26,931 nucleotides of DNA from Candidatus Iainarchaeum sp. Lineage in GTDB: Archaea; Iainarchaeota; Iainarchaeia; Iainarchaeales; CSSED10-239. The stretch spans positions 1 to 26,931 of the forward strand of contig JAQVTI010000013.1 in the NCBI GenBank assembly GCA_028700115.1. The letters run 5' to 3'. This document shows positions 1 to 10,876 of the stretch, in pieces. The notes under the pieces were generated by a model. That model was not told the origin of the DNA. It saw nothing but the letters and a program-made list of their open reading frames with translations, and made no database searches. A program made the position numbers and the translations under genes. How positions within the stretch are numbered: position 1 is the stretch's first letter; each line of letters opens with the position of its first letter.

Positions 1-1990
<1,990 letters not shown>

Positions 1991-2377
1991 AATCAAATTT
2001 AAGCTTAATAAACTTACTTTGACAAATAAAGTTGGTTTTCTACTTTTCTCATCCCGTAAATATAAAATATTTCGTCTCTAAAAAACTAGAAACAAAACGG
2101 TCAAACCTATTTCAAAAAAACTTGTAATAGGTAATATAACTTATAGAAGAGGTAAGTTTATAAAAGGATAGGTCGACCTCCTAAGAGATTTAAAAAAATA
2201 AATAAAAATAAGTTATTTAAAGTAATTTAAATAAAAATAAAACTTCAAAATACCTTTAAAACAAAAATAAGCAAATATTTGAGGTTTATTCTAAACCCAT
2301 TATTTTAAAATGCCAGGGAATTTTTTATTAAAAAAATAAGATTTTAGAAAAAATTAATTTAATAAAAAATCATAAAT

Positions 2378-2755
2378 TTATTTAGAAGAAATTAATTCAC
2401 ATTTTTCAGAAACTTCAACAATATGTTTAATTTCCCCATTTTTATAAGAATAACATTGATTAATAGGATTATTATCCAAAATATCAATTTTTGGAGAATG
2501 AGTTATATCACAAGCCCAATTTGAAACAATTTCTTCAGATAAACAAGGTCCATCTATTAAAGAAATATTTTTTGATTTTTCTATTTTACATAAACTAATA
2601 CATTCATTAATTGCATCTTGTTCTAATTTTAAAGAATTATCATCATTTCTAAAAATAATATTTAAAATGCCAGCTAAAACAATTAATAAAAATACAATTA
2701 AATAAATATAAAATGATATTTTTGCAGGTTTTTTAAAAAAAAATATATTTTTCAA
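2378..2755 (-). CDS. Small membrane-anchored Cys-rich hypothetical protein (N-terminal TM helix, 6 Cys in the ectodomain)
   Basis: 125-aa ORF. It has a hydrophobic stretch (ISFYIYLIVFLLIVLAGILNIIF) followed by a Cys-containing soluble part. I recognise no family. Confidence 0.5.
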   Translation of the reverse strand: MKNIFFFKKPAKISFYIYLIVFLLIVLAGILNIIFRNDDNSLKLEQDAINECISLCKIEKSKNISLIDGPCLSEEIVSNWACDITHSPKIDILDNNPINQCYSYKNGEIKHIVEVSEKCELISSK

Positions 2756-2865
2756 AATAAATCACATTTTTTAAATGTATATATAGTTATATTATATCTA
2801 TAAGCTATATTTAATTCTTTTTATTTAATAAAAATAAAATAAATATTAAAAATTTGTGAAAAAAT

Positions 2866-4068
2866 ATGTTAATTGGAATTGTTGGGAAACCAAATGTAGG
2901 AAAAACAACTTTTTTTAAAGCAATGACTTTAATGAATGTAGAATCTGCAAATTATCCATTTACTACAATAGATGCAAACAAAGGCATTGGCTTTATAAGA
3001 AATAAACCATGTGTATGTAAAGAATTAAATACACAATGTAATCCAAGATATGGATATTGTAAAAACCATATTAGATTTCTACCTGTTGATTTAATTGATG
3101 TTGCAGGACTAGTTCCTGGTGCTAGTGAAGGAAGGGGACTTGGAAATAAATTTTTAACAGATTTAAATATGGCTGATGCATTAATACAAGTTATAGATAT
3201 CTCTGGATCTACTGATCAAGAAGGAAAAAATGTAAAAGCAGGAAGTATAAATCCAGCAGATGAAATTGAATTTTTAGAAAAAGAAATAAATAATTGGCTT
3301 TTTGGAATATTTAAAAAAAATTTTACAAAAATAGGAACTAGCCAAAGAGTGAAAAAACAAAAAACATTAACAATTCTAGAAGAATATTTAAAAGGAGCAA
3401 TTGGTGCTAAAGAAGAAGAAATAGATTTAGTTTTAAAAAAATATAATCTTAAAGACAAAAACTTGATTGATTGGTCAGATGAAGAAATTTTAAATTTCAC
3501 AAAAAATATAAGAGAACTTTCAAAACCAATTATAATTGCAGCAAATAAAATAGATATGCCTTTTGGAAAAGACAATTTAGAAAAATTAATTAAAAAATAT
3601 CCTAATAGAATAATAATTCCTTGTTCAGCTGAATCAGAAGTTGCTTTAAAAAATGCAGAAAAAAATAACATTATAGAATATATTCCTGGAGAAGATGATT
3701 TTAAAATTTTAAAAGAAGATATTAATGAAATACAAAAAAATGCTTTAAAATTTATTAAAGAAAATATTTTACAAAAATATAATTCAACTGGGATACAACT
3801 AATTTTAGACAAAGTAGTTTTTGAAACTCTTGGATACATGCCTATCTATCCAGGAGGCACAAAAGGACTAGGAGATAAAAATGGAAATATTTTACCAGAT
3901 TGTTTTCTAATGCCCCCAAAGTCAACTGCATTAGATTTTGCTTTTAAACTACATACTGATTTTGGGAAAAATTTCATAAAAGCAATTGATGTTAAAACAA
4001 AAATGCTTTTAGGAAAAGATCACAAACTAAAAACAAATGATGTAATAGAAATTGTTTCTGGGAAATAA
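2866..4068 (+). CDS. OLA1/YchF-family GTPase with C-terminal TGS domain (archaeal/eukaryal Ygr210-like type)
   Basis: G1 is GKPNVGKT, G3 is DVAGLV and G4 is NKID. The C-terminal segment is TGS-like (PPKSTALDFAFKLHTDFGKNFIKAIDV...NDVIEI). The 400-aa length fits the archaeal branch. Confidence 0.9.
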   Translation: MLIGIVGKPNVGKTTFFKAMTLMNVESANYPFTTIDANKGIGFIRNKPCVCKELNTQCNPRYGYCKNHIRFLPVDLIDVAGLVPGASEGRGLGNKFLTDLNMADALIQVIDISGSTDQEGKNVKAGSINPADEIEFLEKEINNWLFGIFKKNFTKIGTSQRVKKQKTLTILEEYLKGAIGAKEEEIDLVLKKYNLKDKNLIDWSDEEILNFTKNIRELSKPIIIAANKIDMPFGKDNLEKLIKKYPNRIIIPCSAESEVALKNAEKNNIIEYIPGEDDFKILKEDINEIQKNALKFIKENILQKYNSTGIQLILDKVVFETLGYMPIYPGGTKGLGDKNGNILPDCFLMPPKSTALDFAFKLHTDFGKNFIKAIDVKTKMLLGKDHKLKTNDVIEIVSGK

Positions 4069-4071
4069 AAT

Positions 4072-4575
4072 ATGATAAAATATAAATACCCTACAAAAAT
4101 AAATATTAAAGAAGATAATCAATTAAATATAATATATAATAAATATTTTAAAAAAACAAAACAAGAAGCAGATTTAAATTTAAATAAACTAAATTTATTA
4201 ATAAATAAATTCCCAAAATCAGAAACAATAATATATGATAAAAACCCAATTGGAGAAATTACAATAATCCCAACTAATTTAAAAAATATGAACTTGTTTT
4301 TAAAAGAAAAAATAAGTGAACAAGAATTAATAGATAATTCTATAAATAAGGTAAATTTAAAAAATTTTAAATGCATTTATTTATGTTATTTTATAATTTT
4401 AAAAAAATATCGTAGAAAAAAAATAATATATAAACAATTAAAAAAAATTGTAAAATATTATATAAAAATAAATCCAAAAATAACACTTTTTGTTTGGCCC
4501 TTTTCAGAAGTAGGAGAAAAAATTTCAAAAAAATTATCTAATGAATTAAATTTACCAATAATTATTAAAAAATAA
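4072..4575 (+). CDS. Hypothetical Lys-rich protein, start 4 nt after the GTPase stop
   Basis: 167-aa ORF tightly coupled to the upstream gene. A weak GNAT-like segment (ILKKYRRKKIIYKQLKKIV) is not enough for a functional call. Confidence 0.5.
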   Translation: MIKYKYPTKINIKEDNQLNIIYNKYFKKTKQEADLNLNKLNLLINKFPKSETIIYDKNPIGEITIIPTNLKNMNLFLKEKISEQELIDNSINKVNLKNFKCIYLCYFIILKKYRRKKIIYKQLKKIVKYYIKINPKITLFVWPFSEVGEKISKKLSNELNLPIIIKK

Positions 4576-4676
4576 CTTATGCAAGGCAAACATTTATATA
4601 AGAATCAAAATCTATAGAAAATATTTATATATAAATTATCATAATAATAAATATAGATTCAAAATAAAAGATCCTA

Positions 4677-5474
4677 ATGAAAATAAATATTGAAAATGAA
4701 AATCTTAAAAAAATAGAAGACTATCTTAAAAAAAGTAAAAATCAAACAATAAAACAAATATCTACTAATTTGAAATTAAATAGAAATACTTGTGCAAAAT
4801 ATTTAGAAATATTAAATGCAAAAAAAACAATAAGAGTAGAAACAAATAGAAAATTTAAAATATATAATATAAACAAAAATAAAAACATAGATTATTTGAC
4901 AAACTACATATCTGAAATTATTTTAATTTATGATGAAAATAAAAAAATTGTTTTTACAAATAAAAATTTTACAGACATATTCAATATTGAAAAAAATGTT
5001 TTAAATAAAAATGTAAATTCAATATTAAAAATAAATACTAACTATTTTTTAAAAGATATTTTAAAAGAAAAAATAATTAATTATAACTGTAGAATTTATG
5101 AAATAAATATATTAGAAGATATAGTTTATAATAATAATGATAACAACACTATGTTAATTTTTAAAGAAAACACCTATAAAAATAATATGAATAATATTAT
5201 GCAAATATATAAACAAAATGCACCTAATATGAATTGTATTGATTTAATTTTTAAAATATTATATTCTAATGAAAATATTATAAAAATAGATTTAATTGAA
5301 AATAATAAAATTATAAAAACAAAAACAAATAAAAAATACCTTGAAAAAACATATACTAAAAAATTTAAAATAAATGCTGAAAAGATAATTAAACTAACTA
5401 CAATTCAAAGAATTGATGAAAAATACAATTGTATTTTAAATGTTATTTTTGATCAAATAAAAAATAAAATTTAA
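4677..5474 (+). CDS. Putative transcriptional regulator: N-terminal winged-HTH plus PAS-like sensor region
   Basis: The N-terminus (IEDYLKKSKNQTIKQISTNLKLNRNTCAKYLEILNAKKTIRV) looks like an archaeal wHTH. The following segment (IILIYDENKKIVFTNKNFTDIFNIEKNVLNKNVNSIL) has a PAS-like pattern. Judged by eye only. Confidence 0.5.
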   Translation: MKINIENENLKKIEDYLKKSKNQTIKQISTNLKLNRNTCAKYLEILNAKKTIRVETNRKFKIYNINKNKNIDYLTNYISEIILIYDENKKIVFTNKNFTDIFNIEKNVLNKNVNSILKINTNYFLKDILKEKIINYNCRIYEINILEDIVYNNNDNNTMLIFKENTYKNNMNNIMQIYKQNAPNMNCIDLIFKILYSNENIIKIDLIENNKIIKTKTNKKYLEKTYTKKFKINAEKIIKLTTIQRIDEKYNCILNVIFDQIKNKI

Positions 5475-6838
5475 ACTAATTTTTTTAATTCTCTAATATT
5501 TTTATCAACAAACAAATTATCTATATCTTGTTTACAAAGTGAAAACTTATTTGATTTAATAATTTTAATAGTTTGATAATTTTTTAAAAGATAATTTTTA
5601 TTAAAGATTTTTTCTGAATCTATAATAGCATAAGAAAAATATTTTGCAAAATCCGAATGAAGATAAAATGCAAAATCTAAAATTGTAGATTTTTTAGGGA
5701 TATCTATTTTTTCTCTAGAAGGGGTAAATACAGATATATAATCATTATAATTTTTATCTCTTTTAGAAATATTGTTTTTATTTTTTAAAAAATTTATCAA
5801 TTTTTTATCTTTTAAATCTATTTTAGAAGATATATGCTTATAATGAAAATGAGCTGCAATCCCAAATTCAGCAGTATTATTCATTTCAATAGTTCTAATC
5901 TGTATTTCTATAGGATAATTATTTATTTCAATTCTAATATGAATAGACTGATAACCATTTTCTTTTGGATTTTTAATAAAATCATTAACTTTACTATTTG
6001 GGAATTCTTTAAATTTTTTTTTAATTTTATTTAAAACCAAATAACAATATTTTTTAGTATCATAAATTAATCTAATTGCATAAACATCAAAAACCTTATC
6101 AATAGATATTTTTCTAGAAAGATATATTTTTTCATAAAAACTACCTACACTTTTATATCTATAAGAATATCTAATTGGTTTTAAATTTTCTTTTTTTAAA
6201 AAATCAATAATAATATCTTTAAAAGGCTTTAAATTTTCAATAGGATATTTATCTAACAGATATTTTTTGGTTTCTTCAAATTTATTTTTAGATTTTATAT
6301 AAATTAATTTATTTAATAATAAATCTTTAAAATTATATAATCCTAATTGATTTGTAAGAGGGATAATACTAAATTCAATAACATCTAAAAATCTTTTTTT
6401 AAAATAATTTATTTTAATTTTATCTATAAAATATAAAATAGCTAAACATTCTGCAAAAACAACTAAAACAGCTTCAATTTTAAAAAATGACTTTATAATA
6501 ATTTCTTTAATTTCATCAAAACTAATATCTTTATTAGAAATCAAATAAATAAAATTAAAAAAATAATAATCTTTACAAATTTTTCTAATATCTTTTGGGA
6601 AATAATTTTCTTTTTTAAGACAAATATTATATTGATAAGGATTATAAAGTAAAGCACAAATAATTATATTTTCATCATAATCTGTTAAATATTCTGTAAT
6701 TTTTAAAACATACCTAAATTGATTTATTCCAAAAATTTTCTTTGAAGAATAAATTTTTTTAGAAATTTTATAGGCTTTATAAATATTAGAAGTATATTCT
6801 TGTATAATTTTTAAATATTCTTTTTGATAAATAAACAT
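5471..6838 (-). CDS. RelA/SpoT homologue: degenerate HD (pseudo-hydrolase) + (p)ppGpp synthetase domain + TGS; lacks the C-terminal regulatory domains of long bacterial RSHs
   Basis: Synthetase motifs are YRYKSVGSFYEKI (RxKxxxSxxxK), DVYAIRLIY, DFIKNPKENGYQSIHIRI and IEIQIRTIEMNNTAEFGIAAHFHYKH. The TGS segment is VFTPSREKIDIPKKSTILDFAFYLHSDFAKYF. The HD dyad position reads YN (ICALLYNPYQY), so a hydrolase function is unlikely. Confidence 0.8.
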   Translation of the reverse strand: MFIYQKEYLKIIQEYTSNIYKAYKISKKIYSSKKIFGINQFRYVLKITEYLTDYDENIIICALLYNPYQYNICLKKENYFPKDIRKICKDYYFFNFIYLISNKDISFDEIKEIIIKSFFKIEAVLVVFAECLAILYFIDKIKINYFKKRFLDVIEFSIIPLTNQLGLYNFKDLLLNKLIYIKSKNKFEETKKYLLDKYPIENLKPFKDIIIDFLKKENLKPIRYSYRYKSVGSFYEKIYLSRKISIDKVFDVYAIRLIYDTKKYCYLVLNKIKKKFKEFPNSKVNDFIKNPKENGYQSIHIRIEINNYPIEIQIRTIEMNNTAEFGIAAHFHYKHISSKIDLKDKKLINFLKNKNNISKRDKNYNDYISVFTPSREKIDIPKKSTILDFAFYLHSDFAKYFSYAIIDSEKIFNKNYLLKNYQTIKIIKSNKFSLCKQDIDNLFVDKNIRELKKLV

Positions 6839-6875
6839 AAAATCATCTTACAATTTCCAAATTATAATAAAACAA

Positions 6876-9743
6876 CTATTCAATAAGAATACCTATTTTT
6901 CCTGGACTAGCACCTTTTGCTTTTATATCTAAAGAATCTTCTGCTTTTAAAATATTAAAAGAAATATTAAATTCTTTTTCTAAAAATGTTTTTGCAGAAA
7001 CATATAATTCATATTCTTCTTCTTGATTATAACAAATTTCTAAAAGAGAAGGTTGTTTTAAAACTTTTGGAACTATTTTTCCAAGTTCTTTTTTCTTATC
7101 AGGATATTTTTGTGATAAAATAGACATAATTTTCCCAATATTTTTAGTTTCTAAAAACAAATCAGATATTAAATTATATACTTCATATTTCCATTTTTCA
7201 GAAATATATAAAATAACTTTATTAATTTTTTCTTGATTTGCCATTTTAGAAACATTTCTAATATCTGATATTAAATTTTCAATAGCTTTTTCATTTTCAT
7301 CAAGTTTTAAATCTATTTTAGAAAGAATTACTTCTGGAAATTTAGATACTGCAACTAAATTTTTATTACCAATAATTTCATTTAATTCTTCAGAAAGATG
7401 AGGTGTAAAAAGACCCATTGTAAGAATCCAATTAGTAATTACTTCTAATAAAACTAATTTATTATTTCCTCCTCTTCTAAAATACCAATGTAAATCATTA
7501 TAAAAATTAAAATAAATTTCATCAGTTGCTTCTTTTAACTCAACATTATTCATAGAACAAATAACTTTTTCAAGCCTTTTATAAAATTTAGATATAATCC
7601 AATTATCTAAATTGGAATAATTTTTATTTTCTAAAAAATCTTTATTATCTATAATTTCTATTATAAAATAATATATTTTTTCCAATCTTTGTTTATATTT
7701 TTTTAAATCCTCAGGAGGAAAATCAATATTTACAAAAGGAGAAGCAACATTTGCATAAAATAATCTAATTGCATCAACAGAATAATTTTTTGCTTCTTGA
7801 CCAATACTTCTTGCACCACCTTTAGATTTTGAAATTTTTCCAGATTTATTTATAACCCACCAATTTACAATAATTCCTTTTGGCCAAAATTTTTTTGGTA
7901 AAATACCAACATGATTCATTAAAAATACAGGAAAATGAACTGTTAAATGATCTTGCCCACCTAAATTAATATCTAAAGGATACCAATATTCAACATCTTT
8001 TTTAATATTATTTAAAATATCTATAGAAATATCTGATTTAATAGAAACGTCTTCTAAATTACCTTTATCTAAAAATATATAATCAAAAAACTCTTCTGTA
8101 AGATTGTCTGTTTTTAAAATTCCTTTATTTGTATAAAGTGATACTAAATAAAATATAGGATATAATGTACTATCTGCAATTGGTTCAATTGTATAACTTT
8201 TATCAAAAGGAAATTTAGTACCCAACCAATTTCCTTGTCTTGCACATGCTCTATCATCAAACCAATTTAATATATTAGGAATATTTTTTTTATATTGTTC
8301 AGGAAGTAAAAGCATTTCTTGAGAATGATTTATTGTTTTTTTAGTTAAATCTTTATCAGAATATTTAATGAACCATTGATCATCAATTTTTTTAATAACA
8401 ACTTTTTCTCCACATCTACAAATTACTTCTTCAGAAAGATCAAAAAATAAATCTGCAAGATTATTATCTATCAAATCTTTTTTAATATTTTCTTTTGCAA
8501 TTTCTACTTTTTGCCCAGAATATACCCCACAACTAGAAAGCATAATTCCTGTATGAAATCCTTTTTTATAAACTTCTTTTTTAGCTTTTTCTAATTTATC
8601 AATATCTTTTTGAGAAGTTATATTATAATCTTTACATATTTTTAATGCTGGCAAAGTTCCAAAATCTTTAGATTTAATTATTTCTATTGGTTTAATTTTA
8701 ATAATTTCATCATAAGATAAATTATATCTATCACATAATTCTTTAGAATTTTGTAAATCATAAAGACCAATCCAATCTGCAGGAGCGTCAGAAGGAACTG
8801 AAGTTACAATTCCAGTACCTATATTTGGATCACAAAAACTAGATGGAAGAATAATTATTTTTCTATTTACCCCAGGAGCTATAACATATTTCCCAGAAAG
8901 TTCTTTTCCAGAAATAGTATCTAAAATATCTATATTTTCTTTTTGATATTTTAATTTTTCTGCAAATTCTTTTGATGCAATCCATATTTCATTATTTATT
9001 TTTATATAATAATAATCTAAATCATAATCAATCCATAAATTGGTTTGACCAAAAACAGTTTCTGGTCTAAGAGTTGCAACAACAACAAAGGTATTTTCTT
9101 TATCTACAAGTTTCATTTTTAATATAGTATATTCATTTTTTTGAGCATTACCCCCCTTAGAAATATCTGACTCAGAAGGATCTACTGCAACTGGACCACA
9201 ATTAATACATGCTGTTGCAAAATAAGGTTTTTGTATTAATAAATCTTTTTCTTTTAATTTTTTAAATTGCCATTCAATAAATTTATTATAATCTTTATTT
9301 GTAGTTAATGTAAATCTTCTCCAATCTCCAATAAACCCATAAGATTCATAATCTTGAACATATATTTTTGAAAAAAAATCAATAAACCCTTCAGGATTTT
9401 TCATAATATTTAAATCAGAATCATTAAACCCCATTGATTTATAATAATTAATTATATTTAAATCATTTCTTAAAATTTTTATAGATTTAGAAACAGCACT
9501 ATTTCCACTTGCATGACCTCCAGCAGGCATCAAAACATTATATCCTTGCATTCTTTTAAATCTTGAAATTGCATCTGCATATGAATACCCTCTCATATGA
9601 CCTACATGATGAAAACCAGAAACAGTAAGATATGCCCAAATTAAAAAGAATTTTGGTTTTGTTTCATCTCTATTAACTTCGCCAATTTTTTCATCTTTCC
9701 ATCTTTTTTGCCATTTTGATTCAAATTTTAAAAAATCATACAT
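6876..9743 (-). CDS. leuS: Leucyl-tRNA synthetase, archaeal/eukaryal type
   Basis: 955 aa. The HIGH-type motif is GFHHVGHMRGY and the KMSKS-type motif is SGKISKSKGG. A CP1/editing-size insertion is present, and the N-terminus (KWQKRWKDEKI) is typical of LeuRS. Confidence 0.95.
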   Translation of the reverse strand: MYDFLKFESKWQKRWKDEKIGEVNRDETKPKFFLIWAYLTVSGFHHVGHMRGYSYADAISRFKRMQGYNVLMPAGGHASGNSAVSKSIKILRNDLNIINYYKSMGFNDSDLNIMKNPEGFIDFFSKIYVQDYESYGFIGDWRRFTLTTNKDYNKFIEWQFKKLKEKDLLIQKPYFATACINCGPVAVDPSESDISKGGNAQKNEYTILKMKLVDKENTFVVVATLRPETVFGQTNLWIDYDLDYYYIKINNEIWIASKEFAEKLKYQKENIDILDTISGKELSGKYVIAPGVNRKIIILPSSFCDPNIGTGIVTSVPSDAPADWIGLYDLQNSKELCDRYNLSYDEIIKIKPIEIIKSKDFGTLPALKICKDYNITSQKDIDKLEKAKKEVYKKGFHTGIMLSSCGVYSGQKVEIAKENIKKDLIDNNLADLFFDLSEEVICRCGEKVVIKKIDDQWFIKYSDKDLTKKTINHSQEMLLLPEQYKKNIPNILNWFDDRACARQGNWLGTKFPFDKSYTIEPIADSTLYPIFYLVSLYTNKGILKTDNLTEEFFDYIFLDKGNLEDVSIKSDISIDILNNIKKDVEYWYPLDINLGGQDHLTVHFPVFLMNHVGILPKKFWPKGIIVNWWVINKSGKISKSKGGARSIGQEAKNYSVDAIRLFYANVASPFVNIDFPPEDLKKYKQRLEKIYYFIIEIIDNKDFLENKNYSNLDNWIISKFYKRLEKVICSMNNVELKEATDEIYFNFYNDLHWYFRRGGNNKLVLLEVITNWILTMGLFTPHLSEELNEIIGNKNLVAVSKFPEVILSKIDLKLDENEKAIENLISDIRNVSKMANQEKINKVILYISEKWKYEVYNLISDLFLETKNIGKIMSILSQKYPDKKKELGKIVPKVLKQPSLLEICYNQEEEYELYVSAKTFLEKEFNISFNILKAEDSLDIKAKGASPGKIGILIE

Positions 9744-9862
9744 ATTTTCTCAATATTTTCATCTAATTTTATTTTATTTTGTTTTTATTTTATTTTATTT
9801 TGTTTTGTTTTTATTTAATTTTAATAAATATATTATATTTATATAAATAATATATAAAGAGA

Positions 9863-9880
9863 AATGTTTATAAAAACATT
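9863..9880 (-). terminator. Small AT-rich hairpin AATGTTT-ataa-AAACATT downstream of the 266-aa surface-protein gene
   Basis: 7-bp inverted repeat with a 4-nt loop, 33 nt past the stop at 9913 and followed by T runs. It has the same AATGTTT/AAACATT core as the palindrome at 10797-10822. Confidence 0.35.
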
Positions 9881-9912
9881 AATATTTTTAAAAATTATAT
9901 AAAAATAAAAAA

Positions 9913-10713
9913 TTATTCACCACTAAAAATAGATGCCATAGCATTATAACTTTCTCTAAATCTTTGATATAAAGCATCAAAGTTTTCGATCATAGTTTCA
10001 TTCATTCTAGATTCAATTCCATCAACAGAATTATTTAAAGAAGCATTAACATCATTTAAATTTTGAGATAATTCACTTACTTTATCCATAACATTTGTAT
10101 CTATATAATTTTGAACATTATTAATTTTAGTATCTAAATCCTTCATTTTATAAGATAAATTTGAATCTAAATAATTTACTCTATTAACTAAATCTTCATA
10201 TTGTTCTCTTTGAGCTCTAGAAACTTCAACAATTAAATTAAGTCCCGTTGAAACATGAAAAGAATAAGATATATGTAAATCTAAAATGTTGTCATTTTGG
10301 TTGACTTTACAAACAATATGTTCTTCATAAATTCCTTCTCTTTCAGGAGTAATAAATGGATGATAATAATTACCAGGAACAGATGTAGGAATCATAGGAA
10401 TATCTATTAAAAAATAAGATTTATCTGGATAAAGTAAAGATAAAACACAATTAGCATCAGTTATTGCATTTCCTTTATTATCTTGAAGCCTAACAATAAC
10501 TTGTCCTTGTTCTCCAGAAATATATTCTGTTCCAGAAACCATTTTAATTAATGGATCACCATTTTTAAAATTATTATTAAAAATAAAATAAAAAATAATT
10601 ATAATTAATAAAATAAAAAATATACTGATAAATAAATATTTCTTTGAAAAATTAATTTTTTTAAAAGAAAAATCCCTTTTTTTATAAGAATTAAAATTTT
10701 TTAAACGGTCCAT
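9913..10713 (-). CDS. Membrane-anchored surface protein: N-terminal TM, conserved two-Cys domain (paralogous to 10877-12787), C-terminal coiled-coil-like region
   Basis: TM segment is YLFISIFFILLIIIIFYFIF. The domain VIVRLQDNKGNAITDANCVLSLLYPDKSYF...GNYY...GIYEEHIVC...SFHV aligns with TIIRLADYKGNPYKVDNCFVTILYPDKTIF...GNWF...GTYEQEVTC...SFHL of the neighbouring gene. Confidence 0.7.
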   Translation of the reverse strand: MDRLKNFNSYKKRDFSFKKINFSKKYLFISIFFILLIIIIFYFIFNNNFKNGDPLIKMVSGTEYISGEQGQVIVRLQDNKGNAITDANCVLSLLYPDKSYFLIDIPMIPTSVPGNYYHPFITPEREGIYEEHIVCKVNQNDNILDLHISYSFHVSTGLNLIVEVSRAQREQYEDLVNRVNYLDSNLSYKMKDLDTKINNVQNYIDTNVMDKVSELSQNLNDVNASLNNSVDGIESRMNETMIENFDALYQRFRESYNAMASIFSGE

Positions 10714-10768
10714 ATTTTTAAAGTATTTTTAAAGTATTTTTAAAGTATTTTTAAAGTATTTTTAAATT
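10714..10768 (-). repeat. Tandem 11-bp repeat ATTTTTAAAGT x4 perfect + 1 degenerate, starting at the base next to the start codon; each unit holds a TATA-box-like TTTAAAAAT on the gene strand
   Basis: Read directly. Copies are at 10714-10724, 10725-10735, 10736-10746 and 10747-10757, with a variant (ATTTTTAAATT) at 10758-10768. Confidence 0.9.
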
Positions 10769-10796
10769 ATTCTAAAAATTTAAATATAAATTAAAT

Positions 10797-10822
10797 AAAA
10801 AATGTTTTTAAAAACATTTTTT
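10797..10822. terminator. Perfect 26-bp palindrome AAAAAATGTTTTT/AAAAACATTTTTT between the two surface-protein genes (candidate bidirectional terminator)
   Basis: 13-bp arms with no spacer and T5/T6 runs on both strands. It lies 55 nt downstream of the stop of the 636-aa gene. Confidence 0.4.
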
Positions 10823-10876
10823 ATAAATTTATATATTATACAACAATTACAAAAACAAATCTATAATTACAATTAC

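Noticed and set aside
4072-4575. GNAT acetyltransferase assignment for the 167-aa protein downstream of the GTPase
   Set aside because: Only one loosely GNAT-like stretch is present and it lacks the Q/RxxGxG/A glycine signature. The extreme Lys/Ile/Asn bias makes chance resemblance likely.
5471-5474. Convergent genes sharing overlapping stop codons (TTAA at 5471-5474; also an 8-bp overlap at 20960-20967 and 29 bp at 22857-22885)
   Set aside because: This is consistent with general genome compaction in a reduced genome rather than a specific regulatory device.
9766-9824. Run of ~12 consecutive T4(A/G) pentamers upstream of leuS
   Set aside because: It is probably low-complexity AT-rich promoter or spacer DNA. 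There is no clear unit larger than 5 bp and no protein-binding symmetry. It may affect DNA curvature, but I cannot support a specific function.
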